A stretch of DNA of 64,000 nt from an uncultured delta proteobacterium (GTDB lineage: Bacteria > Myxococcota_A > Polyangia > Polyangiales > JAFGIB01), in contig CAVZVA010000009.1 of assembly GCA_963778655.1 (NCBI GenBank), forward strand, positions 320,001 through 384,000, in the 5' to 3' direction. Position numbers and translations under genes: made by a program. The notes under the pieces were generated by a model. That model was not told the origin of the DNA and did no database searches. It worked only from the letters and a program-made list of their open reading frames with translations. Positions 21,152-30,134 of this stretch are shown one piece after another (position 1 is the stretch's first letter; each line of letters begins with the position of its first letter).

Positions 21152-22969
21152 TCACGGCTGCGCGAGGGAAGGCGCGGCTTCGCCTTGTCTGCGCTCGAGC
21201 ATTCGGCGGTACCCGTTGGCGCGGCGCCCGGTCGGGAACTTGGCGACGTAGACCTGCATGTGCTTCTCCGCCTGCTCGTTCTTGCCCATCGCGCGGTAGG
21301 TCTCGATCAGCAGCTCGAGCTCCTGCGGCGTCTTGGCTTTGCCCTCGAGCGCGGCGACCACGCAGGGGTTGTCGCCCGTGCTCAGACACGCGGTCGCCGC
21401 CTGCAGCGGCGCCTGCGCGGCAGCGGGCACCGCGGCCGGCTTCGGCTGCGGCTCGGACCGCGTGGTTTGTGCCGTCTTCGTCGCGGGCTCGGGCTTGGCC
21501 GACTCGGCCTGGGCGCGGGGCTCGTGGCTGCTCGGCTTGGAGGCTCGCGCAACCTCGGGCGGGCTGCTGGCTGCGGGCTTGTGCGGTGCCGCCTTCGCTT
21601 CCGCCTCCGGTGCCGGCTCAGCCTTCTTCGCCTCGACCGGCTCGACCGGCGCCGGCTGCGGCGTCTCGCTCAGCGCCAGCACCACGCGCCGCCGCATCAC
21701 GCCGTCGTCCAGCATGAAGCCGACGCGATCGATGGTCGCAGTGGCTTGCTCGAAGCCGTCCTTCTCGGCCTTGAGCTCGACCGGGCCGTCGAGCGTGGCC
21801 AGCTCGAACGTGCCGGGCGCGACCAGCGACTTGTCGCCGAGTGTGACACGCGCGCCTTCCGGCGCGGTGGCCACCTCGATCGCGTAGGTCGGTGGCGCGG
21901 CGGGCTCCGGCGGGGCTCGCGGCGCCAGCGCAGCGGCCTGCGGTGGCGGCCCAGCTTGCTGCGGCAGGCGCGCGTGCGGCGGCTTCGGCCGCAGCGCCAG
22001 GAACGCGGCGGCCAGCACCACCAACGCTGCGATCACCAGCGGCAAGCGCCTGCTGCTGCGGGACGCGCGGGGCGCGTTCGGTTGCGCTGCGGGCGGCGCG
22101 GGCAGCGCGCGCGGCGCGGCCGGAGCCGGTTTGGCGTCGGCCACCGACGCGCTGGGTTTGCGCTCGGGCTCGCGCCGCTCGCGCGCAGCCGCGGCAGGCC
22201 CTTCCGCGGCCTGGGACGCTCCAGTTGCGCGCGCGATCGCTGCGGCCACCTCCGCCGGACGCGGCATCTCGAGCGGCGTGGGGCGTTCCGGCGCGTGAGC
22301 GGGCCCGCCACTGGCTGCGCGCGGGGGTTTGGCTTGGCGCAGCCGTTCGCGCAGCTCCCGCGCATCCGGCCGCGCAGCGTGCGCTTTGGGCTCAGGCAGC
22401 TCCGCCTGGTCGCCATCGTGTGCCAGCGTCGCGGCGGTCTGCTCGGTCGCGCCAGCCGAGCCTGCGGCCTGCAATGCGGGCTGTGCTTCCGTAGCCTGCG
22501 CCTGAGCTTCATCCTTGGGTGCGGCCGAAGGCGTTTTGGCGAAGGGTGCGGGCAACGGCGCTTCGGCCGGCCGCGCGGAGGACGATCGGGGCGGCGGCGC
22601 CGAGCTCTGGCCGTCCGCGCGCTCGGCCGCGCCCAGCTGCTTCAGGATGGCTTGAATGGCCTCGCGGCCGCCTGCCTCGAGCTTGACGAACTTCACGCCC
22701 ATCCCGGCGGGCTGGTCGTCGGTCTCGAGCTCCCGCAGCCACACCACGCGCGCCACCCCGCGGATCGTGCCGGAGCCGCCGTCGAGGTCGCATTCGAGCT
22801 TGATCAGCGTGCCGGCGGGCGCGGGCGCAGGTGACTTGATGAACATGCCGCCCGCGGACAGATCGAAGCACTGCTCCTTGACGAACTCGAACGCGGTCGG
22901 GCTGCGATAGCGCGCCACCAACGTGACGTGGGCGCGTGGATTCTTGCGGCTCTTCCGCGGTTCGGCCAT
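21152..22969 (-). CDS. Myxobacterial PilZ (TIGR02266-like) membrane protein with Pro/Ala linker and PEGA-like/TPR-like C-terminus
   Basis: RKNPR and DLSAGGMFI PilZ motifs, GMGVKF; TM LPLVIAALVVLAAAFLAL; TAPEGARV. Confidence 0.8.
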   Translation of the reverse strand: MAEPRKSRKNPRAHVTLVARYRSPTAFEFVKEQCFDLSAGGMFIKSPAPAPAGTLIKLECDLDGGSGTIRGVARVVWLRELETDDQPAGMGVKFVKLEAGGREAIQAILKQLGAAERADGQSSAPPPRSSSARPAEAPLPAPFAKTPSAAPKDEAQAQATEAQPALQAAGSAGATEQTAATLAHDGDQAELPEPKAHAARPDARELRERLRQAKPPRAASGGPAHAPERPTPLEMPRPAEVAAAIARATGASQAAEGPAAAARERREPERKPSASVADAKPAPAAPRALPAPPAAQPNAPRASRSSRRLPLVIAALVVLAAAFLALRPKPPHARLPQQAGPPPQAAALAPRAPPEPAAPPTYAIEVATAPEGARVTLGDKSLVAPGTFELATLDGPVELKAEKDGFEQATATIDRVGFMLDDGVMRRRVVLALSETPQPAPVEPVEAKKAEPAPEAEAKAAPHKPAASSPPEVARASKPSSHEPRAQAESAKPEPATKTAQTTRSEPQPKPAAVPAAAQAPLQAATACLSTGDNPCVVAALEGKAKTPQELELLIETYRAMGKNEQAEKHMQVYVAKFPTGRRANGYRRMLERRQGEAAPSLAQP

Positions 22970-23183
22970 CTGCGGGCTTACGCTCCCATGTCCGCCCAGC
23001 TGCCGGGCTTGCCGCCACCACCAGTGCCGCGGCCGAACAATTGAGAGATGCATCGCAGGATCCCGTCAAGATCACCAATGTGCGCGAAGCACGCACGAGT
23101 ACGCCTTTGGAGCACTACAGCACGCTCCCGCGCGCCGGTGCAATCGCATCCCGAGCAATTGGATTCGCTGCGCGCTGCAGCCG

Positions 23184-24314
23184 CTACTGCGGCGACCAGG
23201 TTCTGTGCGGCGCGCGACGCTTGCTCGGCGGCGGCGGGGCAAAGCCGAGCAGCTTGCGCTGGCGTACGAATTCCTCGACTGCTTGACGCTGGTCTTCGCG
23301 CATCTCGACGAACTGGATGCCGATGCCGGCTTCGGAAGCCGGCCGCGACGCGTCGCGCCGCCAGCGCACCTCGCCCTGCACGTCGAGCCGCTGGCGCTCG
23401 TCGAGTTGGAACTCGAGCCGCACGCGCGAGCCGACGGCCAGCCGCTTGGCTTCCACCAAATCGCCGTTGCGCACGGCCACGAACGCGCCGCCGAAGCCGA
23501 CGTTGCCAATCTGGCCCTGCACCGACTCGTTGATGCGGGCCGGGACCTCGGTGTCCACGCGCAGCAAGCGGCTGCGGTCGTAGGGCGAGTCCACGAAATG
23601 CTCCATCACCGCGAACGCGAGCCGGTCGTTGCTGACCGGCTTCTCGAACAGATCGCGCGCGCCGCGCGCGATCCACTCACTGCGCGCCACGCTCGGCCCC
23701 GTGCAGGTCACCAATACGATGGGATAGCGCCCGAAGCGGCTGACGATGTCGTCGAGCACGCCGCGACCGCTCCCGCCTGGCAGGGCGAGATCGGCCACCA
23801 CCGCGTCGATGCGCTCCTGCGCAATGCGCTCCAAGACGCGCGTGGAGTCCACCTCGACCAGGGTCGAGAGTCCGCGCGAGCCCAGACCCTCGATCATGCG
23901 CTCGCGCTCGGACGGGTCGGGCTCGACCAGCAGCACGTGCGGGCGCCGCACGAAGGGCACCACGCCTGCCTGGCGCCCCAGGGCTTCCTTGATGAAGAGC
24001 GCCAGCAGGCCCGACTTCGTGTTGGTGCGGGTGCGCCTAAAGACGTTCTTGAAGTGGTTGTGGACCGTGTTCTGGCTGAGGCTGAGCTGGGCGGCGATCG
24101 CCGGCACCGTGCTGCAACCGGTGACCAGCAGGAACAGCACGTCGTGCTCGCGGGCGGTTAGGCGGTAGCGCTCCGCGAAACGGTCGAGCTCTTCGCGGAA
24201 GAATGGAGTTGCGGCGCTCACGTGGCGTGTCCTGGTGTGCAGACCAGGGGGCCGCTCTTCTTGAGTCGCATCCCCCGGTAGTCGCGGCTCATGATAGAAA
24301 GGCTGGAAGTTCAC
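23184..24314 (-). CDS. LuxR-HTH / receiver / PilZ three-domain regulator
   Basis: LTAREHDVLFLL...IAAQLSLSQNTVHNHFKNVFRR (LuxR HTH); VLLVEPD...VVADLALPG...FEKP (REC); RSRLLR...NVGFGGAF...GEVRW...GIGIQF (PilZ). Confidence 0.85.
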   Translation of the reverse strand: MNFQPFYHEPRLPGDATQEERPPGLHTRTRHVSAATPFFREELDRFAERYRLTAREHDVLFLLVTGCSTVPAIAAQLSLSQNTVHNHFKNVFRRTRTNTKSGLLALFIKEALGRQAGVVPFVRRPHVLLVEPDPSERERMIEGLGSRGLSTLVEVDSTRVLERIAQERIDAVVADLALPGGSGRGVLDDIVSRFGRYPIVLVTCTGPSVARSEWIARGARDLFEKPVSNDRLAFAVMEHFVDSPYDRSRLLRVDTEVPARINESVQGQIGNVGFGGAFVAVRNGDLVEAKRLAVGSRVRLEFQLDERQRLDVQGEVRWRRDASRPASEAGIGIQFVEMREDQRQAVEEFVRQRKLLGFAPPPPSKRRAPHRTWSPQ

Positions 24315-24707
24315 GTGAATCCCCAGGATTAGCTAAGTCGCGAGAAAATCGAGTGAAATCCCCCGAGTTCAGCTAGTACACAAGTACATGCTCCATCGAT
24401 TCTGGCCAAACAAGCCCGCCTGCAGATCTTTTTCGCCTGGGGATTGGTTGCCGCGCGCAGGCCGGTCGGCGCCATCCGCGGTGCTGCACGCGGAAGTCCT
24501 GCGGAGCGCGCGGCCGGTACGAGCGCGAGCATGGCTGATGCTGTGTCCCGCATCGCGCTCCGCTTGGCCGCAGCGCGAAACGACGCGACCCGAGTGGCGG
24601 CACGCGGCCCGTTCCGGGTCCCGGCGCCACCGCCCCCCGCGTTGCGAGTCCGAGGCGCTCCGGCTAAGGATGTTGCTCGCGTGCGCGTCGAAAGGTCGAC
24701 CCGGTTG

Positions 24708-27700
24708 ATGGGGTCCGGAGAGCCAGAGATCTACCGGTTCGCTCGCTTCGAGCTGGACGCTCTGCGCGCCGAGCTGCGCCGGGATCAGCAACCGGTGAAG
24801 ATCTTTCCTCGCGCCTTCGACCTGTTGCTGTACCTGGTGCGGCAGCGCGGCCGCATGGTGTCGCGCGAGGAGCTGCTGGCCGAGCTGTGGCCCGACGTGA
24901 CCGTCACCGCGGCGGTGCTCACCCAGACGGTGTGGGAGCTGCGGCGCGCACTCGGGGACGGAACCTTCGGCACCGAGCTGATCCGCAACTCGCGAGGTCG
25001 CGGTTATCGTTTCGTGGCCGAGGTCGAGTTGCCCGGAGGCGAGCGCACGCAGGGCGTGTCCGCGTCGAGCGTGCCTGCAGCACCGCCCGCGGGCTCGGCG
25101 CCGATTCAGAGCGCGCTGCGGCCCAAGCCGATCCTGTCCTACGTCGGCCGCGAAGCGGAGATGCAGCGGCTGCGCGCCGCGCTAGAGGCAAGCCTCGAGG
25201 GTAGGGGCTCGGTGTTCCTGCTGGGCGGCGAGCCGGGCATCGGCAAGACGCGTGCGGCCGAGGAGGTCATGTTGCTGGCGCGCGCGCAGGGCGCGCTGGC
25301 GCTCGAGGGCCATTGCTACGAGGGGCAAGGTGCACCCCCGTTCTGGCCTTGGTTGCAGGTGGTGCGGCGGCTGACCGAGGAACACGCGCCGGAAGCCCTG
25401 CGCGAGCACATGGGCGCAGGTGCGTCGGATCTGTGCCGGCTGTGCCCCGAGCTGAGCGCGCTGTTCCCGGAGGTGCCCGAGCCGCCGGAGCGGCCGACCG
25501 ATCAGGACCGCCTGTTCGTGCTCGACAGCGTGGTCAATTTCATCGTGCGCGCATCGGCTGCGCGGCCGCTGGCGCTGATGCTCGACGACCTGCACTGGGC
25601 CGATCGCGCTTCGCTGCTGCTGCTCGAGACGCTGTCGCGCATGGCTGCGCGCGCTCGCATCTTGATCGTCGGCACGTACCGCACGACCGAGCTCGGTCAG
25701 GCCTCGGCCTTTGCGAGCAGCACGGCGGTGCTGGCCAAGAGCTGCGAGCAGCTGCTGCTCTCCGGTCTGTCGCAGCAGGAGGTCGCCACGCTGCTGCTGG
25801 GAGAGGCGAGCGGCCTGGACCAGACGCTCGCGGCCGAGGTGCACCGCATCACCTCCGGCAATCCGCTGTTCGTGATCCACGTGGCCAGGCTGGCCGGCGA
25901 CGAACCGGGCCGCGCCGCGCTGGTCGCCGGGCAGCTCGGTCTACCCGATGAGGTGCGCGAGGTGATCGCCAAGCGGCTCGAGCGGCTGCCGCCTGCGTGC
26001 GTCGAGTTGCTGCGCTGGGCTGCCGCGCTCGGCCAGCGCTTCCGCTTCAACGATCTGCGGCAGCTGGTGGAATGCCCACAGGAGCAGCTGCTGGGCTTGC
26101 TGCAGGCCGCTTCCGACGCGCGCATCGTGTGCGAGGAGCAGCTCGGCGTGTACGGCTTCACCCACCCCATGATCCGCGAGGCCGTGCACCAATCGTTGCG
26201 CATGCCCGAGCGGGCGCAGTTGCACCAGCGCATCGCCTTGGCGATCGAGGCCAGCTGCGGGCCCTACGACGTGAGCCGGCTCGACGAGCTGGCCTACCAC
26301 TTCGGGGAAGCTGCGGCGATCGGCAGCGCGGCCAAGGCGGTCGATTACGCCGAGCGCGCGGCCGCGCGCGCCTTCGAGGCCACCGCCTACGAGACTGCGG
26401 TCGAGTACTACGACAAGGCGCTGCAGGCACTGGAGCTGATGACGCCGGCAGATGTGCGGCGCGGCGCGGAGCTGCGGCTCGCGCGCGGTACGGCGCTGCG
26501 GGGCGCTCACGAGGATCCGGCCCGCGTGCGGGCGGCGTTTCTGGAGGTCGCCGATCAGGCCGCCGCGCGCGGGGACGCCGAGTTGCTGGCGCGCGCCGCG
26601 TTGGGCTATTCAGGGCTCGGCCCGCTGCGGATCCGCCAGGTGCGCGAGGCCGGCACGGTCGATCCGGTCGAGGTCGCGTTGCTCGAGCGCGCGCTCGGCG
26701 CGCTGCCCGAGCAGGATTCCGAGCTGCGCGCACTGCTGCTGGGTCAGCTCGCCGGCGCGCTGTACAACACGCGCGAGCGCGGGCGCCGAGAGCGGCTCGC
26801 GGATGCGGCGGTGGAGATGGCGCGGCGCGCGGCGAGCCCGGAGAGCCTGGCCGAAGCGCTGCTGATGAAGCACCGCGTGATCACCGCTCCTGATCAGCTC
26901 GAGCAGCGGCTGGCGCTGACCACGGAGATCATCGAGCTGACCCACACCATCGAGGCCAAGGGGCTGGAGTTTGACGCCTATTTGCAGCGGGCGCTGTTGA
27001 TGATGCAGAAGGGGCAGCACGTCGGCGCCGACGCGGACCTCGCGACGGCGTTGCGGCTGGCCGAGGAGATGCAGCAGTCGGACGAGAAGGAGCGCGCGCG
27101 GGGTTTCGACCTGCTGCGCATGTTCTGGGAAGGCCGCTACGCCGAAGGCGAGCGCGAGTCCGCGCGGCTCGCCCAGGAACGAACGCGCGGCGGGTTGCTT
27201 GGCATCGACCAAGGGCACGCCATCCGCACGCTGGGCTCCGCCTGGCAGCAGGGCCGCCCGGCAGAGGCGATCGCGCCGCTCGAGGCGCTGGCCGCCAAGT
27301 ACCCGCTGCCGATGGTGTGGCGCTGCGGCCTGGCCGCGCTGTACGCCACCGCCAATCGCCTGCACGAGGCGCGCCGCGAGCTGGAACGGCTCGCGGTCAA
27401 CGACTTCGGCGATCTGCCCTTCGACCACAACTGGCTCAGCTGTCAGATGTATATGGCGGTGGTCTGCGCCGACCTCGGCGATCGCCCGCGCGCGGCGCGC
27501 GTGCTCGAGCTGCTGCGTCCCTACCAGGACAGGCTGATCTGGCTGGGCATCGCGTCGATGTATGGCGGGCCCGTCTCCCATGCGCTGGCGCGGGTGGCGG
27601 CCACGCTGGAGCGCTGGGCGGAGGCCGAGGCGTGGTTCGAGCAGACCATCGAGCGCGACGCCGCGATGGGCGCGCGGGTCTGGGTGGCGATGGCGCAGTG

Positions 27701-27875
27701 CCACTACGGCGAGATGCTGTGGCGCCGCGCCGCGGGCTCGGACCGCGAGCGCGCGCGCGCGCTGATCGACGCCGCGTTCGCCACCGCGGCCGAGCTCGGC
27801 ATCGGTTACGTACAGCAGCGCGTGGAGCGCTTGGCGGCGGCGCCGCGGCTGGCGGGGCTCGCGGCGCGCGGCTGA
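24708..27875 (+). CDS. Winged-helix / AAA+ ATPase / TPR transcriptional regulator (STAND-type)
   Basis: N-terminal OmpR-type wHTH (YRFARFELD...SRGRGYRF), YVGREAE, Walker A GEPGIGKT, LDDLHWAD, SGNPLF, then TPR-like helices. Confidence 0.9.
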   Translation: MGSGEPEIYRFARFELDALRAELRRDQQPVKIFPRAFDLLLYLVRQRGRMVSREELLAELWPDVTVTAAVLTQTVWELRRALGDGTFGTELIRNSRGRGYRFVAEVELPGGERTQGVSASSVPAAPPAGSAPIQSALRPKPILSYVGREAEMQRLRAALEASLEGRGSVFLLGGEPGIGKTRAAEEVMLLARAQGALALEGHCYEGQGAPPFWPWLQVVRRLTEEHAPEALREHMGAGASDLCRLCPELSALFPEVPEPPERPTDQDRLFVLDSVVNFIVRASAARPLALMLDDLHWADRASLLLLETLSRMAARARILIVGTYRTTELGQASAFASSTAVLAKSCEQLLLSGLSQQEVATLLLGEASGLDQTLAAEVHRITSGNPLFVIHVARLAGDEPGRAALVAGQLGLPDEVREVIAKRLERLPPACVELLRWAAALGQRFRFNDLRQLVECPQEQLLGLLQAASDARIVCEEQLGVYGFTHPMIREAVHQSLRMPERAQLHQRIALAIEASCGPYDVSRLDELAYHFGEAAAIGSAAKAVDYAERAAARAFEATAYETAVEYYDKALQALELMTPADVRRGAELRLARGTALRGAHEDPARVRAAFLEVADQAAARGDAELLARAALGYSGLGPLRIRQVREAGTVDPVEVALLERALGALPEQDSELRALLLGQLAGALYNTRERGRRERLADAAVEMARRAASPESLAEALLMKHRVITAPDQLEQRLALTTEIIELTHTIEAKGLEFDAYLQRALLMMQKGQHVGADADLATALRLAEEMQQSDEKERARGFDLLRMFWEGRYAEGERESARLAQERTRGGLLGIDQGHAIRTLGSAWQQGRPAEAIAPLEALAAKYPLPMVWRCGLAALYATANRLHEARRELERLAVNDFGDLPFDHNWLSCQMYMAVVCADLGDRPRAARVLELLRPYQDRLIWLGIASMYGGPVSHALARVAATLERWAEAEAWFEQTIERDAAMGARVWVAMAQCHYGEMLWRRAAGSDRERARALIDAAFATAAELGIGYVQQRVERLAAAPRLAGLAARG

Positions 27876-28101
27876 GGTAGGGTACGCCGTCGGGATTGGC
27901 GACAGCCCTTGGCGCGTGGGGCGGTGGGCTCCCAGGCGCGACAACTTTGAGCAAATCCTGAGTCAAGCCTGAGGGTCCGGCACCGTGCTGCGAGCTAGAG
28001 TGCTGCGCAAAGGCGCCGCCCAAGGGGTCAAGGGGGGCGCCCTCGATTTCTCCCTGACTTGCCCCGCCGTGGCCCAGGGTCGCACCCCCATCGTCCTGAG
28101 G

Positions 28102-29007
28102 TCACGGCGGGGCCTTGTGTTGCGCGCCTTCGTACAGGCGCGCGATTTCCTTGCGTACGGCCGCCTGGATCTCGGCGGGCACGGTCGGCTCGGGCACGGC
28201 GCGGCACAGCGCCAGGGTGCGGTTGAGCGCGTCGCAGGTGCGCTGGCAGCGCGGGCAGCGGTCGATGTGAGCCTGCATCTCGGCGCACGTTTCTGCGCTG
28301 ATCTCCTGCTCCCGGTTGCGCGAGAACAACAGCGCGATCTCGGGGCAGCCCGAGATCGGCCCGGCGGCCTCCGCGCCCGTCACAGGCTCCAGCAGCGGAG
28401 CGAGCCGGTTGCGCACCGCGACGCGCGCGCGGTGCAGGCGGCTCTTGACCTGCGGTACGCTCATCGCGAGCGCGCTCGCCACCTCGGCCGCGCTCAGCCC
28501 TTCCACGTCGCGCAGCAGCAGCACATCCCGGTAGCCCGGGGCGAGCTCCGAGACCGCGCCCTCGATCGCCTGCAGCAGCTCGCGATCGGCCAGCACCTCG
28601 TCTGCGCCCTGCGCGGGGTCCGCAAGCCGCAGCGCCTCCGGCCCGGCGCTCGCCGTGCGGTCGGCCAGCGCCCGCGCCTTGCGCCTGCGCTTGCCACAGA
28701 AGCTGCGCGCGATCGCGTAGAGCCAGGTCGAAATTGCGGCGTCGCCGCGGAACTTCCCGATTCCGCGCGCCGCGGCCAGCAGGCTGTCCTGCAGCACCTC
28801 GCGCGCCTCCTCGGGATCGCGACACATGCGCAGGCTGAACCGGAACAGCGGCGCCTGATAGCGCTGGAGCAGTGCCTCGAGCGCCGCGGCCTCGCCTCCG
28901 CGCGCGCGTGCGAGCAGCACGGCATCGGGCGGCGCGGCGGCCGGGGCTGTCTCGGCGGGCTCGACCACGCCTTGACCAGTACCAGAAAGCGCAGAGTTCA
29001 CAACCAC
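28102..29007 (-). CDS. ECF sigma factor with fused C-terminal Cys-rich zinc-finger (anti-sigma-like) domain
   Basis: Region 2 (EAREVLQDSLL...STWLYAIARS), region 4 (LLLRDVEGLS...VKSRLHRAR), then CPEI...C...HIDRCPRCQRTC...C (HxxxCxxC). The start may be GTG 28968. Confidence 0.85.
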   Translation of the reverse strand: MVVNSALSGTGQGVVEPAETAPAAAPPDAVLLARARGGEAAALEALLQRYQAPLFRFSLRMCRDPEEAREVLQDSLLAAARGIGKFRGDAAISTWLYAIARSFCGKRRRKARALADRTASAGPEALRLADPAQGADEVLADRELLQAIEGAVSELAPGYRDVLLLRDVEGLSAAEVASALAMSVPQVKSRLHRARVAVRNRLAPLLEPVTGAEAAGPISGCPEIALLFSRNREQEISAETCAEMQAHIDRCPRCQRTCDALNRTLALCRAVPEPTVPAEIQAAVRKEIARLYEGAQHKAPP

Positions 29008-29036
29008 ATGCAGGGCCGTACCGGGTGTGGCCGGGG

Positions 29037-29065
29037 TGAACCCTTTTGGCGCCTTGCGGCTCTAT
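29037..29065 (+). promoter_or_regulatory. ECF-type promoter upstream of the persulfide dioxygenase operon
   Basis: TGAACC followed by a T-tract, 17-nt spacer, CTCTAT; 50 nt upstream of the ATG, with GGAGG SD. Confidence 0.55.
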
Positions 29066-29114
29066 TTAAGTACGGGCGAACGGGCTACCGTTCTTGTCCC
29101 AGGGGAGGCCCTGC

Positions 29115-30134
29115 ATGTTGCTGCGACAGCTCTTCGACGCCGATACCTGGACCTACACCTATCTGGTCGCCGACGAGGCGAGCCGGCAGGCGCTGTTGAT
29201 CGACCCGGTGCGCGACCGCGCCGCGCGCGATCTGGAGTTGCTCGAGCAGCTCGGGCTGCGCTTGGTGTACGCGCTCGACACTCACGTTCACGCCGACCAC
29301 GTGACCGGCTCCGGCCTGCTGCGCGAGCGCACCGGCTGCAAGAGCGTGGCCTCGGCGCTGGGCCCGGAGTCGGCGGAGCTCCGGCTGAGCGACGGCGACC
29401 GCCTGCGCCTTGGCGCGTTCGAGCTCGAGGTGATCGCGACACCCGGCCACACCGACGACAGCGTGAGCTATCGCATCGGGTCCGATCTCTTCACCGGCGA
29501 CGCGCTGTTCGTGCGCGGCACCGGCCGCACCGACTTCCAGAATGGCGACGCGGGGCAGCTCTACGATTCGATCACCACGCGCATCTTCAGCCTGCCCGAC
29601 GACACCCACATCTGGCCGGGCCACGACTACAAGGGCTTCACCAGCACCACGGTCGGCGAGGAGAAGCGCTGGAACCCGCGGCTCGCGGGCAAGAGTCGGG
29701 CGCAGTTCATCGAGCTGATGGGCGCGCTCGGCCTGCCGCCGCCCAAGCAGCTGGAGCAGGCAGTTCCAGCCAATCGAGAGCTCGGGCTGGGCCTGGGCCC
29801 GGAGCAGAGCTCGGGCGGCTTCTCCGAGTGCAACGCGGGTGCGGTAGCCGCCCTGCTGGCGCGCGGCGGGGTGCGCGTGATCGACGTGCGCGAGGGCCAC
29901 GAGTTCAGCGGCGAGCTGGGGCACATCGCCGGCGCCCAGAACGTGCCGATGGGGCTCTTTCCTGACGTCGCGCGCGAGTGGGACCGCGAGCAGTCGCTGC
30001 TGCTGGTGTGCCGTTCGGGCCGGCGCTCACGCGAGGTGTGCCAGCAGCTCGCCGGGCAGGGCTTCGCGCGCGTGACCAACCTTCGCGGCGGCATGCTGGA
30101 CTACCGCGAGCGCGGGCGGGAGGAGCGGAGCTGA
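29115..30134 (+). CDS. Persulfide dioxygenase (ETHE1-like MBL fold) fused to rhodanese
   Basis: LRQLFD..TWTYTYL, IDPV, THVHADHVTG, TPGHT, GTGRTDF, PGHDYKG, EEKRWNPRL; rhodanese IDVRE...GHIAGA...VCRSGRRS. Confidence 0.9.
   Translation: MLLRQLFDADTWTYTYLVADEASRQALLIDPVRDRAARDLELLEQLGLRLVYALDTHVHADHVTGSGLLRERTGCKSVASALGPESAELRLSDGDRLRLGAFELEVIATPGHTDDSVSYRIGSDLFTGDALFVRGTGRTDFQNGDAGQLYDSITTRIFSLPDDTHIWPGHDYKGFTSTTVGEEKRWNPRLAGKSRAQFIELMGALGLPPPKQLEQAVPANRELGLGLGPEQSSGGFSECNAGAVAALLARGGVRVIDVREGHEFSGELGHIAGAQNVPMGLFPDVAREWDREQSLLLVCRSGRRSREVCQQLAGQGFARVTNLRGGMLDYRERGREERS

Noticed and set aside
24708..27875. STAND ATPase as an Avs-type antiphage protein
   Set aside because: The N-terminus is a DNA-binding winged helix with no nuclease or other effector, which fits a transcriptional regulator.
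27876..28101. 226-bp gap between convergent genes as an ncRNA or element
   Set aside because: Only weak, short inverted matches; no recognisable motif or terminal repeats.
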